Source: an uncultured bacterium (GTDB taxonomy: Bacteria > Hydrogenedentota > Hydrogenedentia > Hydrogenedentales > JAEUWI01). Taken from it: a DNA stretch of 11,408 nucleotides. Shown piece by piece: positions 1 through 7,197 of this stretch; the first letter of the stretch is position 1, and each line of letters begins with the position of its first letter. The notes beneath the pieces are model-generated. The model ran no database searches, had not been told where the DNA came from, and was given only the letters and a program-made list of their open reading frames with translations. Location of the stretch: assembly GCA_963977445.1 (NCBI GenBank), contig CAXBPH010000227.1, positions 1 to 11,408 of the forward strand, read 5' to 3'. The position numbers and the translations under genes were made by a program.

Positions 1-3000
1 GCAGATAGACACCGTCTTCCATGCGTGCGTTGGGCATTACCGTTTCCGTAAAGCGTTCCGACTTCACCAGATCGACTAAAGCCGCAGTTTCTGTAGTTGG
101 GACGCCATCCTGGGGAAGACCCCGATAGCCGGTCGTACCCAGGCTGAGTTCGCTGGTGCCACAATCGTTGATCGCTTTGACGAAGTAGAAATAGATTACG
201 TTGGTGATAATGAATTCACCTGGATTGAAGCAACCCCGATTAATCAGTTCGTAGTCGGGCGATTTCGCCAGGGTGTCGGAGTAGCGGGGCTCGGTAGAGG
301 TGCCGATGAGTTCGACCCGGTCGGGCTCTCCCGAAGGACTCCGGAAGATTTCATATTGGGTCGCGCCGGGTGTGGCACTCCAGAGTAATTCTACCGAGTT
401 GGCGTGGATACCATCACTTGCCGCCACATTGGATGGGCGCAGCAGCAGGACGCAACCTAACTGGGTGATGGTGGCAATCTGGGGGCTGCCCTCGGCACCC
501 GGAGCTTCAATGCGGATGGTTCCGCTACGGGATTCTTCCGTATCGTTGGGGGCAGCGATAACCTGAAGGCTACCGTCTCCCGAACCATTGGCGGCGGCGG
601 CGAAGCTGAGAAACTGGGCACCGGTTACAAACGATGCGGTCCAGTTCAAGGCACCTGAGCCACCATTTTCAATGGAGATGTTGACCGGTCCACCACCGGA
701 GCCGACGGTCTGTTCGGCCGGAACCACGCGCAGGACGGGTGTGCGTGGTGTCTGCACAATGGTCACCTGCCGTGGACTGTTCGATGAGCCGGGTGCCTGC
801 ACCTGGATAGTACCGGTACGCTCCAGGGTGCTGGTGTTTTCGCTGACCGAAACCGTAATGACGCCGTCATTATTGCCGGAGATGCCGTCGGAGATACTGA
901 TGAAGTTGGCACCGCTCGTAACAGAAGCAGTCCAGTTCATGGTACCCGTGCCAACATTCTGCACCTGGAAACTTACCGCACCTGCGGCGGATCCGGTGGT
1001 CTGGATCTCCGGCGTGACTTCGAGCACCGATTCCTGGGCGGTTTGTGTGATGGTGACTTCCACGGGAGAATTGGTGGCATCACCCGATTCCACACGGATG
1101 GTCACGACTCGGTTTTCCGTGCCAGGGTTGCGGGTCAGGGTTACCGTGACAAGGCCCGAATTGGTCCCACTGGTATTGTCGCTGATCGCCGCGAAGGAGC
1201 CACCCTCGACGACGGAAGCGGTCCAGTTCAAGGTACCGTTACCGCCGTTGGTGACATTGATCGAGGCGTTGCCTGCGGCGGAGCCGAGGAGCTGTGTCGA
1301 TGGCGTGACCTGCAAGAGGGGCACGCCCGCTTGCTGTACGATTTCTACTTCCAGGGGCGAGTTCACTGCGCCTGGTGCGGTGACCGACAGGGTGGCCGTC
1401 CGCTGGAGCACGCTGGTGTTCTCCAGAAAGCTGACGACGAAGGTGCCATTGTTGGTGCCCGTCGCGCCGGAGCTGATGGAGGCGAATCCGGTGCCTGCAA
1501 GGACAACGGCATTCCAATCAAAGGTGCCCGTGCCGGTGTTGCGCACCTGGACGACAATTTCGTCGCCCTCGGCATTCGCAATCGTGCTGGCGGCGGTTAC
1601 CGATAGGGTGGGCACGGCGGCGGACTGCTCAATGGTGAGGATGACGGGCTCACTGCCGACGTCGTCCGAAGAAACGAGCAGGGTAGCCGTACGTGGTTCC
1701 GCCTGGACGCTCACGGCAACATTTACCGTGATGGTGTCGTCATTGGTGCCCGACGCGCCTTCACTCAGGGTGACGAATTCGCTGCCCGACGTAATGGCCG
1801 TGGTCCAGTTCACGTCGCCCGTATTGCCACTCACGTCCACATTGAAGGTCAAGGGACCGCCCTCGGGCCCGACATTCCGGGTCGTGGGGGAAACGGCCAG
1901 TGCGGGAAGAGAGACGAAGAAGGCCGTAACCGATTTGTCGCCATTCATGACCAATTTGGTGGGATTTTCAGAGCCGGTGATATCGCCTTCCCAATGGTCG
2001 AAGACCGAGCCTGCTTCCGGCGTTGCCGTCAGGGTGACTTCGGTATCGGCATTGTAGACGCCGCCTTCGGGGGCGAGGCCTATCGATCCGGGGCCGTTGA
2101 TGGCTGTGCTAAGGGAGAAGCGGGCGTCCCACAGCAAAATGCCGGGTCCACCAGCGCCGCCGTCGTTACCCAGCACCGTGCCTACACCACCCGCGCCGCC
2201 ATCTACGGAGACCGCACCATTTTCGGTGCTCAGACTCTGAATCCAGACGCTGCCACCGGCACCACCGCCGCCACCGGAAAGATCAGAGCCGCCCTCGGCA
2301 CCGTCGGCCGTGATGGCGCCTTCGTTGACGATATTCTGAGCTTCGATGATGATGACGCCACCGCCATTACCACCGAGGGAACCAATACTTACGAAATTCA
2401 TGACCTGGCCGCCACGGCCCCCGCCACTTCCGAATCGGGGAAAGGGATAGGTGTCACGGAATACCTGACCCAGAGAGGTGGCCACCGTATCAAAGGAGGC
2501 TCCGCCGATTCCGCTCGTGTCTGCACCCATACCGGTTGTGCCCCGTGCGCCCGGTTCACGATGTCCGCCACCGCCCCCGGCACCGGGGTTGTTGCCGCCG
2601 CTGACTTCGCCGAATCCACCGCCGCCGCCCCCGCGGTTGGCTTCGCCACTGATGCTGCCCACACTGCCCCAGGTATCACCCTGCTGACCAATGCGGCCGG
2701 GTTCGGCCCCTTCCGTGGTGCCACCACGGTAGCCCCGGCCCGTCGCCGTAATAGCGGCACCCGCCGGAATGGTCAGGGTGCCCCGGACTTTGAGACGCAG
2801 TACACCGCCCTCCGTGGGATTCACGCCCCCGAGCGGGTTGCCAGCATAGGCGCTTACCGTGAGGGTGCTGCCGCTGGACAAGGTCAGGTTTTCCAACGCC
2901 GGTACCTGGGCACCATCGTTGGGATTGTAGGCCGTGGCATCGGAGCCCAGTCGAATCTGGGACCAGAGGTCCTGGATGGTGGTAACACCGGCAGGCACTG

Positions 3001-3151
3001 TGAAAGAGCCATGTCGGCCATCGCCAAAGTCGAATGTGGGGGTCTGTGCCGAGGCCAGAGGCGTATGAATCAGCAGCGCCATCGGAACGAATAAGGACGC
3101 GACCCGTTTCTTGTGGCGATACAGGGTGCGTAACATTGTAGGAAGTCCCAT
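1..3151 (-). CDS. Large secreted multidomain surface protein (Gly-rich head, InlB B-repeat, 5x BACON-like, FN3-like); partial, 3' end beyond window edge
   Basis: Manual translation of the minus strand is open from ATG 3151 to the window edge (1050 codons, no stop). GAAGGG RBS-like sequence lies 9 nt upstream; an alternative in-frame ATG is at 3136. The N-terminus MGLPTMLRTLYRHKKRVASLFVPMALLIHTPLASA|QTP looks like a Sec signal peptide with AxA cleavage. It is followed by a Gly-rich region, an InlB B-repeat-like segment (VTLTATPEAGSVFDHWEGDITGSENPTKLVMNGDKSVTAFF), five repeats with LNWTA-type motifs and an FN3-like segment (RPSNVAASDG..VELLWSATPGATQYEIFRS..YFYFVKAINDCGTS). Confidence 0.92.
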   Translation of the reverse strand, partial: MGLPTMLRTLYRHKKRVASLFVPMALLIHTPLASAQTPTFDFGDGRHGSFTVPAGVTTIQDLWSQIRLGSDATAYNPNDGAQVPALENLTLSSGSTLTVSAYAGNPLGGVNPTEGGVLRLKVRGTLTIPAGAAITATGRGYRGGTTEGAEPGRIGQQGDTWGSVGSISGEANRGGGGGGFGEVSGGNNPGAGGGGGHREPGARGTTGMGADTSGIGGASFDTVATSLGQVFRDTYPFPRFGSGGGRGGQVMNFVSIGSLGGNGGGVIIIEAQNIVNEGAITADGAEGGSDLSGGGGGAGGSVWIQSLSTENGAVSVDGGAGGVGTVLGNDGGAGGPGILLWDARFSLSTAINGPGSIGLAPEGGVYNADTEVTLTATPEAGSVFDHWEGDITGSENPTKLVMNGDKSVTAFFVSLPALAVSPTTRNVGPEGGPLTFNVDVSGNTGDVNWTTAITSGSEFVTLSEGASGTNDDTITVNVAVSVQAEPRTATLLVSSDDVGSEPVILTIEQSAAVPTLSVTAASTIANAEGDEIVVQVRNTGTGTFDWNAVVLAGTGFASISSGATGTNNGTFVVSFLENTSVLQRTATLSVTAPGAVNSPLEVEIVQQAGVPLLQVTPSTQLLGSAAGNASINVTNGGNGTLNWTASVVEGGSFAAISDNTSGTNSGLVTVTLTRNPGTENRVVTIRVESGDATNSPVEVTITQTAQESVLEVTPEIQTTGSAAGAVSFQVQNVGTGTMNWTASVTSGANFISISDGISGNNDGVITVSVSENTSTLERTGTIQVQAPGSSNSPRQVTIVQTPRTPVLRVVPAEQTVGSGGGPVNISIENGGSGALNWTASFVTGAQFLSFAAAANGSGDGSLQVIAAPNDTEESRSGTIRIEAPGAEGSPQIATITQLGCVLLLRPSNVAASDGIHANSVELLWSATPGATQYEIFRSPSGEPDRVELIGTSTEPRYSDTLAKSPDYELINRGCFNPGEFIITNVIYFYFVKAINDCGTSELSLGTTGYRGLPQDGVPTTETAALVDLVKSERFTETVMPNARMEDGVYL
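449..1906 (-). repeat. Five tandem ~97-aa BACON-like (Ig-like) domain repeats within the surface protein
   Basis: Conserved Trp codons (CCA on the + strand) start at 1805, 1514, 1223, 932 and 641, exactly 291 nt apart. Shared pattern: PxLxVxP..G....V.N.G.G.LNWTA.V..G..F..IS...SG.N.G...V....N.....R..TI.V.APG..NSP..VTI.Q. The terminal R-x-x-T-I-x-V...V-x-I-x-Q pattern is characteristic of BACON domains. Confidence 0.85.
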
Positions 3152-3197
3152 GAAAATAATCCCTTCAGGTGACCGGTAAATTGGTTAGGCATAGTCT

Positions 3198-3217
3198 TTT
3201 TGGGTATATACCCAAAA
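3198..3217. promoter_or_regulatory. Perfect 20-bp palindrome TTTTGGGTATATACCCAAAA, candidate operator in divergent intergenic region
   Basis: Exact self-reverse-complement read directly from the sequence. It lies 46 nt upstream of the surface-protein ATG (3151) and about 120 nt upstream of the GNAT ATG. Its function is inferred. Confidence 0.55.
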
Positions 3218-3324
3218 CATTCTAAAGGTTCCCGACCCATAGCACAAATACTGGCAGGATAACGGGATAGACCTATTTCTTGTGGCGCCTGCTGTTCAGG
3301 TGGCCCGAAGGCCTGGCCCTTCGC

Positions 3325-3330
3325 TATGAT
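3325..3330 (+). promoter_or_regulatory. -10 element (TATGAT) of a probable leaderless promoter for the GNAT gene
   Basis: TATGAT lies 6 nt before ATG 3337 and there is no Shine-Dalgarno sequence, the usual geometry of leaderless transcripts. Confidence 0.5.
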
Positions 3331-3336
3331 GGGCCT

Positions 3337-3819
3337 ATGATTCGTGACGCCACACCCCTCGACGCCCCGGCCCTTGCGGCCCTCTACAACCCCTATATCT
3401 TCGAAACGGACATCAGTTTTGAGGAAAAGCCCCTCAGCGACGGGGAAATGGCCCACCGCATGGCGGGGGTTCAGGCCCACTATCCCTGGCTGGTCTGCGA
3501 AGAGGAGGGTGTGCTGCTGGGCTACGCCTATGCCACCCGGTGGAAAGAGCGCCACGCCTATCGCTATTGCGCAGAAACCTGTATTTATCTCCGCCAGGAC
3601 GCGGGAGGTCGGGGTGTTGGCTCGAGGCTTTACGACGCATTGTTGCCCCGTTTGCCTGCGGCCGGCGTACAGATTGCTATCGGCTGCATCGCCCTGCCCA
3701 ACGAGGGGAGTGTCGCGTTGCACGAGAAATTCGGTTTTGAAAAGGTGGGGCACTTTCCGGCCGTGGGCTTCAAATTCAACCGCTGGATTGATATGGGCTA
3801 CTGGCAGAAAAAACTCTGA
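3337..3819 (+). CDS. GNAT N-acetyltransferase, phosphinothricin / methionine sulfoximine / arsinothricin acetyltransferase (Pat/YncA/ArsN1-like) family
   Basis: 160 aa from ATG 3337 (MIRDAT...). Family motifs: YNPYIFETDISFEE, PWLVCEEEG..LGYAYA..W..R.AY, acetyl-CoA motif GRGVGSRLY, IALPNEGSVALHEKFGF, VGFKFNRWIDMGYWQ. Confidence 0.9.
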   Translation: MIRDATPLDAPALAALYNPYIFETDISFEEKPLSDGEMAHRMAGVQAHYPWLVCEEEGVLLGYAYATRWKERHAYRYCAETCIYLRQDAGGRGVGSRLYDALLPRLPAAGVQIAIGCIALPNEGSVALHEKFGFEKVGHFPAVGFKFNRWIDMGYWQKKL

Positions 3820-3855
3820 GCCTTCCGGGCGGGTCTAATTTTCGCCTTTGTCGCT

Positions 3856-3927
3856 GGGTACCGTTACCGATTGATTGAGCGCCCGATTCCAATATACCGC
3901 GATGTGCTCCAATCGGAAACGGTCCCC
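3856..3927. repeat. Long imperfect inverted repeat / stem-loop (REP-doublet-like) between GNAT and sulfatase genes
   Basis: Arm 3856-3882 (GGGTACCGTTACCGATTGATTGAGCGC) pairs with arm 3904-3927 (GTGCTCCAATCGGAAACGGTCCCC). There are 22 pairs (one G-U), two mismatches, a 3-nt bulge and a 21-nt loop. Confidence 0.7.
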
Positions 3928-3945
3928 GTGGCAGGGAAGAAGGTC

Positions 3946-3974
3946 TTGTCTTCCGGTCATCCACGTGTCACTAT
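3946..3974 (+). promoter_or_regulatory. Possible sigma70-type promoter for sulfatase
   Basis: TTGTCT (3946-3951), 17-nt spacer, CACTAT (3969-3974), with TGn extended -10. It ends 32 nt before the ATG. Consensus match only. Confidence 0.3.
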
Positions 3975-4006
3975 AGCGCCTTAAATTTCGGAAGGAGAAC
4001 ACCACC

Positions 4007-5392
4007 ATGACCCCATCACGTCGGCAGTTTCTGAGCACCGTGGCGACGGGTGCCCTGGCCTTCGGGGTATCGGCGCGTAGTACCGGCCAAGGGACCCAAT
4101 CACCGCCCAATATCGTTTTTCTCTTCTCCGATGACCATAGTGTGCCCGATCTCGGTTGCTATGGAAACACGGCGATTCGAACCCCCAATCTGGACGCCCT
4201 GGCCGCTGGGGGCATGCGTTTTGACCGGGGTTACGTGACGAGTCCCCAATGCAGCCCCAGCCGGGCGAGTATCCTCACCGGGCGGACGCCCCATGCGGTA
4301 GGGGCCTCGCGCCTTCACGTCAATGCGCCCGAGGAGACGGTCAATGTGCCCCAACTCCTGAAAAAGGCGGGGTATCACACGGGTGCCCTTCGTAAGGTGC
4401 ATCAGGGCCATATTCAGCGCGATTTCGACTATTACGGTGGTAAAAACAAGCCCACGGCGGACTTTTTTGAGCAGCGCCCGAAAGACAAGCCCTTTTTCCT
4501 CTGGTTTGGGTCCGTTGACCCCCACCGGGACTATGGCCCCGGTGCCTTGGAGCCGCCCCATGATCCGGCGACGGTGCTGGTGCCGGATTTTCTCCCTGAT
4601 ACCCCCGAAGTACGGCAGGATTTGGCCTACTACTACGATGAAATCGGCCGTTTCGACACGGAATGTGGGGAGATTATTGCCCTGCTGGAGCAACAGGGCG
4701 TGCGGGATAACACCCTGATTGTCATGGCGGGGGACAATGGGATGCCCTTTCCACGGGCCAAGGCGACCCTCTATGAACCGGGCGTGCGGGTGCCCTTGCT
4801 CATGAACTGGCCCGGCGTGATTGATGCCGGTCGTGAGACCCGTGCCCTTGTTTCGCTCATGGATCTGGCAAAGACCTGGCTCGATATCGGTGGGGCGGAG
4901 ATTCCAAACAGCATGGAAGGGGTCAGCCTCCGTCCTTTGCTGACGGGAGAAAAAGAATCGGTACGGGAGCATATATTCTGCGAGCGGAACTGGCACGACA
5001 ACTGGGACCCCATGCGGGGCGTCATTACCGAGCGCTATGCGCTGATACAGAACTACCGTCCCGAAGTGGGCTATATACCCAGTTGGGACCTGCTCCGTTC
5101 GCCGAGTTTTGAATCGATTAAAAAGCAGGCGCAGGCAGGCACCCTCGCGGGGCCATTGCGGTGGTATGCGGCCACCACCAAACCCCTGGTGGAGCTCTAT
5201 GATCTCCAGGCGGACCCCGGTGAGTGGAATAATCTCGCCGAAGATCCGGCCCATGCCGACCGGGTGGAGGCCCTGCAAAAGGTCCTGGGACAGTGGATGA
5301 ACGAGACCAACGATTTCCTGCCGCCACCGGCGGCGGCCTACGGGAAGGACCGACAAAATACCCTGGATGGTGGTGCCATCTGGTGGGAGTGA
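4007..5392 (+). CDS. Tat-exported Cys-type formylglycine sulfatase (N-sulfoglucosamine sulfohydrolase-like)
   Basis: Strong RBS AAGGAG at 3992-3997. Twin-arginine signal SRRQFL; PNIVFLFSDDH; TPNLDALA; sulfatase signature CSPSRASILTGR; KPFFLWFGSVDPHR; DNTLIVMAGDNGMPFPRAKATLYEPGVRVPL; ELYDLQADPGEWNNLA. Confidence 0.93.
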   Translation: MTPSRRQFLSTVATGALAFGVSARSTGQGTQSPPNIVFLFSDDHSVPDLGCYGNTAIRTPNLDALAAGGMRFDRGYVTSPQCSPSRASILTGRTPHAVGASRLHVNAPEETVNVPQLLKKAGYHTGALRKVHQGHIQRDFDYYGGKNKPTADFFEQRPKDKPFFLWFGSVDPHRDYGPGALEPPHDPATVLVPDFLPDTPEVRQDLAYYYDEIGRFDTECGEIIALLEQQGVRDNTLIVMAGDNGMPFPRAKATLYEPGVRVPLLMNWPGVIDAGRETRALVSLMDLAKTWLDIGGAEIPNSMEGVSLRPLLTGEKESVREHIFCERNWHDNWDPMRGVITERYALIQNYRPEVGYIPSWDLLRSPSFESIKKQAQAGTLAGPLRWYAATTKPLVELYDLQADPGEWNNLAEDPAHADRVEALQKVLGQWMNETNDFLPPPAAAYGKDRQNTLDGGAIWWE

Positions 5393-5434
5393 GGGGCTGT
5401 CCCCATCATCGTGCCCCCGCATGACAGGCATAAT

Positions 5435-5463
5435 TTCATTTTTTTTCGGGGCTTGTGTACAAT
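5435..5463 (+). promoter_or_regulatory. Possible sigma70-type promoter for the phosphatase/kinase/STAS/MCE cluster
   Basis: AT-rich intergenic region with TTCATT (5435-5440), a 17-nt spacer and TACAAT (5458-5463), ending 30 nt before the GTG start. Confidence 0.4.
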
Positions 5464-5493
5464 ACGGACTTAATTTTTTATGAGGAGTACTAC

Positions 5494-7197
5494 GTGCTAC
5501 GGGGATACGTGATAGTGGATGCCGATGGGCGCAAGGTGCCTGTCGAAGAGTCATTGGTGGTTGGCCGCACTTCGGATAGTGGTCTGATGATCGATGATAG
5601 CGCAGCGTCACGTCGTCACATGGAAATTAAGGCGCGCCCTAATACGTTTGTCTGGAAAGACTTAGGGAGTACCAACGGCACCATATTGAATGGGGCCAAG
5701 ATGCTCGCCGGTGAATTGAAGCATGGTGATCGCATCCAGATTGGGGAAACGACCCTCACCTTCGAAGTCCACGGCACGCCCGAGGTGAAAACGCCTGCGG
5801 ATCGGGTCGCCGCACCCCCCGACGAAAACCGTCTTTTTACTGAAACTATCATGGATGCCCAAGGCTTCGTTAAGAAGCAGGAAGTGGCACCTTCGAAGAC
5901 GACCCAACTGCTTGAAGCCGTGTATTCGGTGGCCAATGAGATTGCCACGAATTACGATGTATGCAGCCTGATGGATGGAGTCCTGACGACCACCCTTGGG
6001 GCGATCAATGCCCAGCGCGGTGCGATCTTCCTGGCCGACACGGCCCACGAGCTACTGCCCTGTCCAAATTGTGGCACCGTCCACAGTATCGCCAACGGCA
6101 CCCTCGTGAAAGCCCAAATGGGCGACATACAAATCAGTAGCACCGTGGCCTCCCGGGTTATCCGGGATGGGGAAAGTGTGCTCTATCAGGATACGGACAG
6201 CGATCAGGAGCTTAACGTCTCCGAGTCCATCATGTCCTTGCAGCTTCGTTCCATCGTTTGTGTTCCTTTGCGGGCGAAACACGGCATCCTGGGTATCCTG
6301 TATATCGATTCTGATCGACAGGATCAGAATTATTCTCATGACGATTTACTCCTGGCCGCTTCCGTTGGCAACAGCGCCGGTCTCGCATTGGAAAATGCGA
6401 AGATGCACACGGAGATTCTGGAAAAACAACGTATCGAGCAGGATCTGGCCACGGCGTGGACGATTCAGGAGGGCTTCCTGGTCAAGGAATGGCCCCAGGA
6501 TGACCCCCGCTTTGATGTGTATGGAGAGACCCGCCCGGCGAAGACGGTGGGGGGCGATTTCTATGACTACGTCCGCCCCCGGACCAATACGGTAGGTCTT
6601 TTGCTGGGTGATGTGAGTGGCAAAGGGGTACCTGCGGCACTGACGATGGCCCAGTTGCTGGCCCAGTTTCGCCTGCTTGCCCGGGATTTAGACTCGCCCT
6701 GCGATGTGTTGAAAGAATTGAATCGTGGCCTGGTCAAGCGAAGCCAGCGGGGTATGTTTTGCACCCTCTGTTACCTGACCATCGATCTCACCAACGGTCA
6801 TGTAATTTGCGCCAATGCGGGGCACCATCCCGTCCTGCAGATTGGGAAGAATGGTGTGTCCAATTTTGGTGACGCGACGGGACCGCCTGCGGGCATACTT
6901 CCGGACGGGCCCTGGGTGGAGACCCGGGCCATCATTAATCCGGGAGATAGCGTCTTGCTCTATACCGATGGTATCGTAGAAGCGCGCAGTATGACCACGA
7001 TTATTGAGGGCACGCCCAACGCGTCCCCCAATGAATATGATGAAGAAGGGTTGCATCAATGTGCGGGTCGCCTATATGGTGAGAGTGCCCACACATTGAT
7101 AGATGCAATAAACGCTGACGTGCAACGGTACACGGCACCCATGCCGCCCCATGACGATTGCACGATGATCGCGATGAGGTATCATGGCGTCCAGTAG
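5494..7197 (+). CDS. FHA-GAF-PP2C (SpoIIE/RsbU family) serine phosphatase
   Basis: GTG 5494 is preceded by the RBS GAGGAG. FHA motifs: VGR, SRRH, DLGSTNGT, LKHGDRIQIG. GAF motifs: AQRGAIFL, ISSTVASRV, SIVCVPL..ILGILYIDS, GLALENA. PP2C metal-binding motifs: VGGDFYD, LGDVSGKG, NAGH, LYTDGIVE, HDDCT. Confidence 0.93.
   Translation: MLRGYVIVDADGRKVPVEESLVVGRTSDSGLMIDDSAASRRHMEIKARPNTFVWKDLGSTNGTILNGAKMLAGELKHGDRIQIGETTLTFEVHGTPEVKTPADRVAAPPDENRLFTETIMDAQGFVKKQEVAPSKTTQLLEAVYSVANEIATNYDVCSLMDGVLTTTLGAINAQRGAIFLADTAHELLPCPNCGTVHSIANGTLVKAQMGDIQISSTVASRVIRDGESVLYQDTDSDQELNVSESIMSLQLRSIVCVPLRAKHGILGILYIDSDRQDQNYSHDDLLLAASVGNSAGLALENAKMHTEILEKQRIEQDLATAWTIQEGFLVKEWPQDDPRFDVYGETRPAKTVGGDFYDYVRPRTNTVGLLLGDVSGKGVPAALTMAQLLAQFRLLARDLDSPCDVLKELNRGLVKRSQRGMFCTLCYLTIDLTNGHVICANAGHHPVLQIGKNGVSNFGDATGPPAGILPDGPWVETRAIINPGDSVLLYTDGIVEARSMTTIIEGTPNASPNEYDEEGLHQCAGRLYGESAHTLIDAINADVQRYTAPMPPHDDCTMIAMRYHGVQ

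Noticed and set aside
449..1906. 291-nt and 90-nt periodicities as CRISPR-like or nucleotide-level arrays
   Set aside because: The repeats are in frame, conserved at protein level and diverged in DNA. There are no identical direct repeats with spacers and no cas genes.
588..2057. 489-aa + strand ORF (also 300..566 and 1043..1606)
   Set aside because: Antisense shadow of the minus-strand BACON-repeat protein. Its periodic 'AVQF' motifs are simply the reverse complement of LNWTA codons.
1994..3094. 366-aa + strand Ala/Thr-rich ORF
   Set aside because: Antisense to the Gly-rich head of the surface protein, with no independent motif.
3280..3336. ORF-track N-terminal extensions (GNAT 3280, phosphatase 5455, STAS 7712)
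   Set aside because: Family N-termini and RBS/promoter placement favour 3337, 5494 and 7721. The STAS start choice is the least certain.
3070..3753. 227-aa minus-strand ORF
   Set aside because: Antisense to the GNAT gene and overlaps the surface-protein start out of frame; no recognisable motif.
3935..3997. Possible translational switch: TCTTCCG (3949-3955) could pair with GGAAGA (3935-3940) or with the SD region CGGAAGG (3989-3995)
   Set aside because: Only 6-7 bp, with no recognisable aptamer. A candidate promoter at 3946-3974 would exclude the upstream strands from the mRNA.
4100..5611. 503-aa minus-strand ORF
   Set aside because: Shadow of the sulfatase, as is common in high-GC coding sequence.
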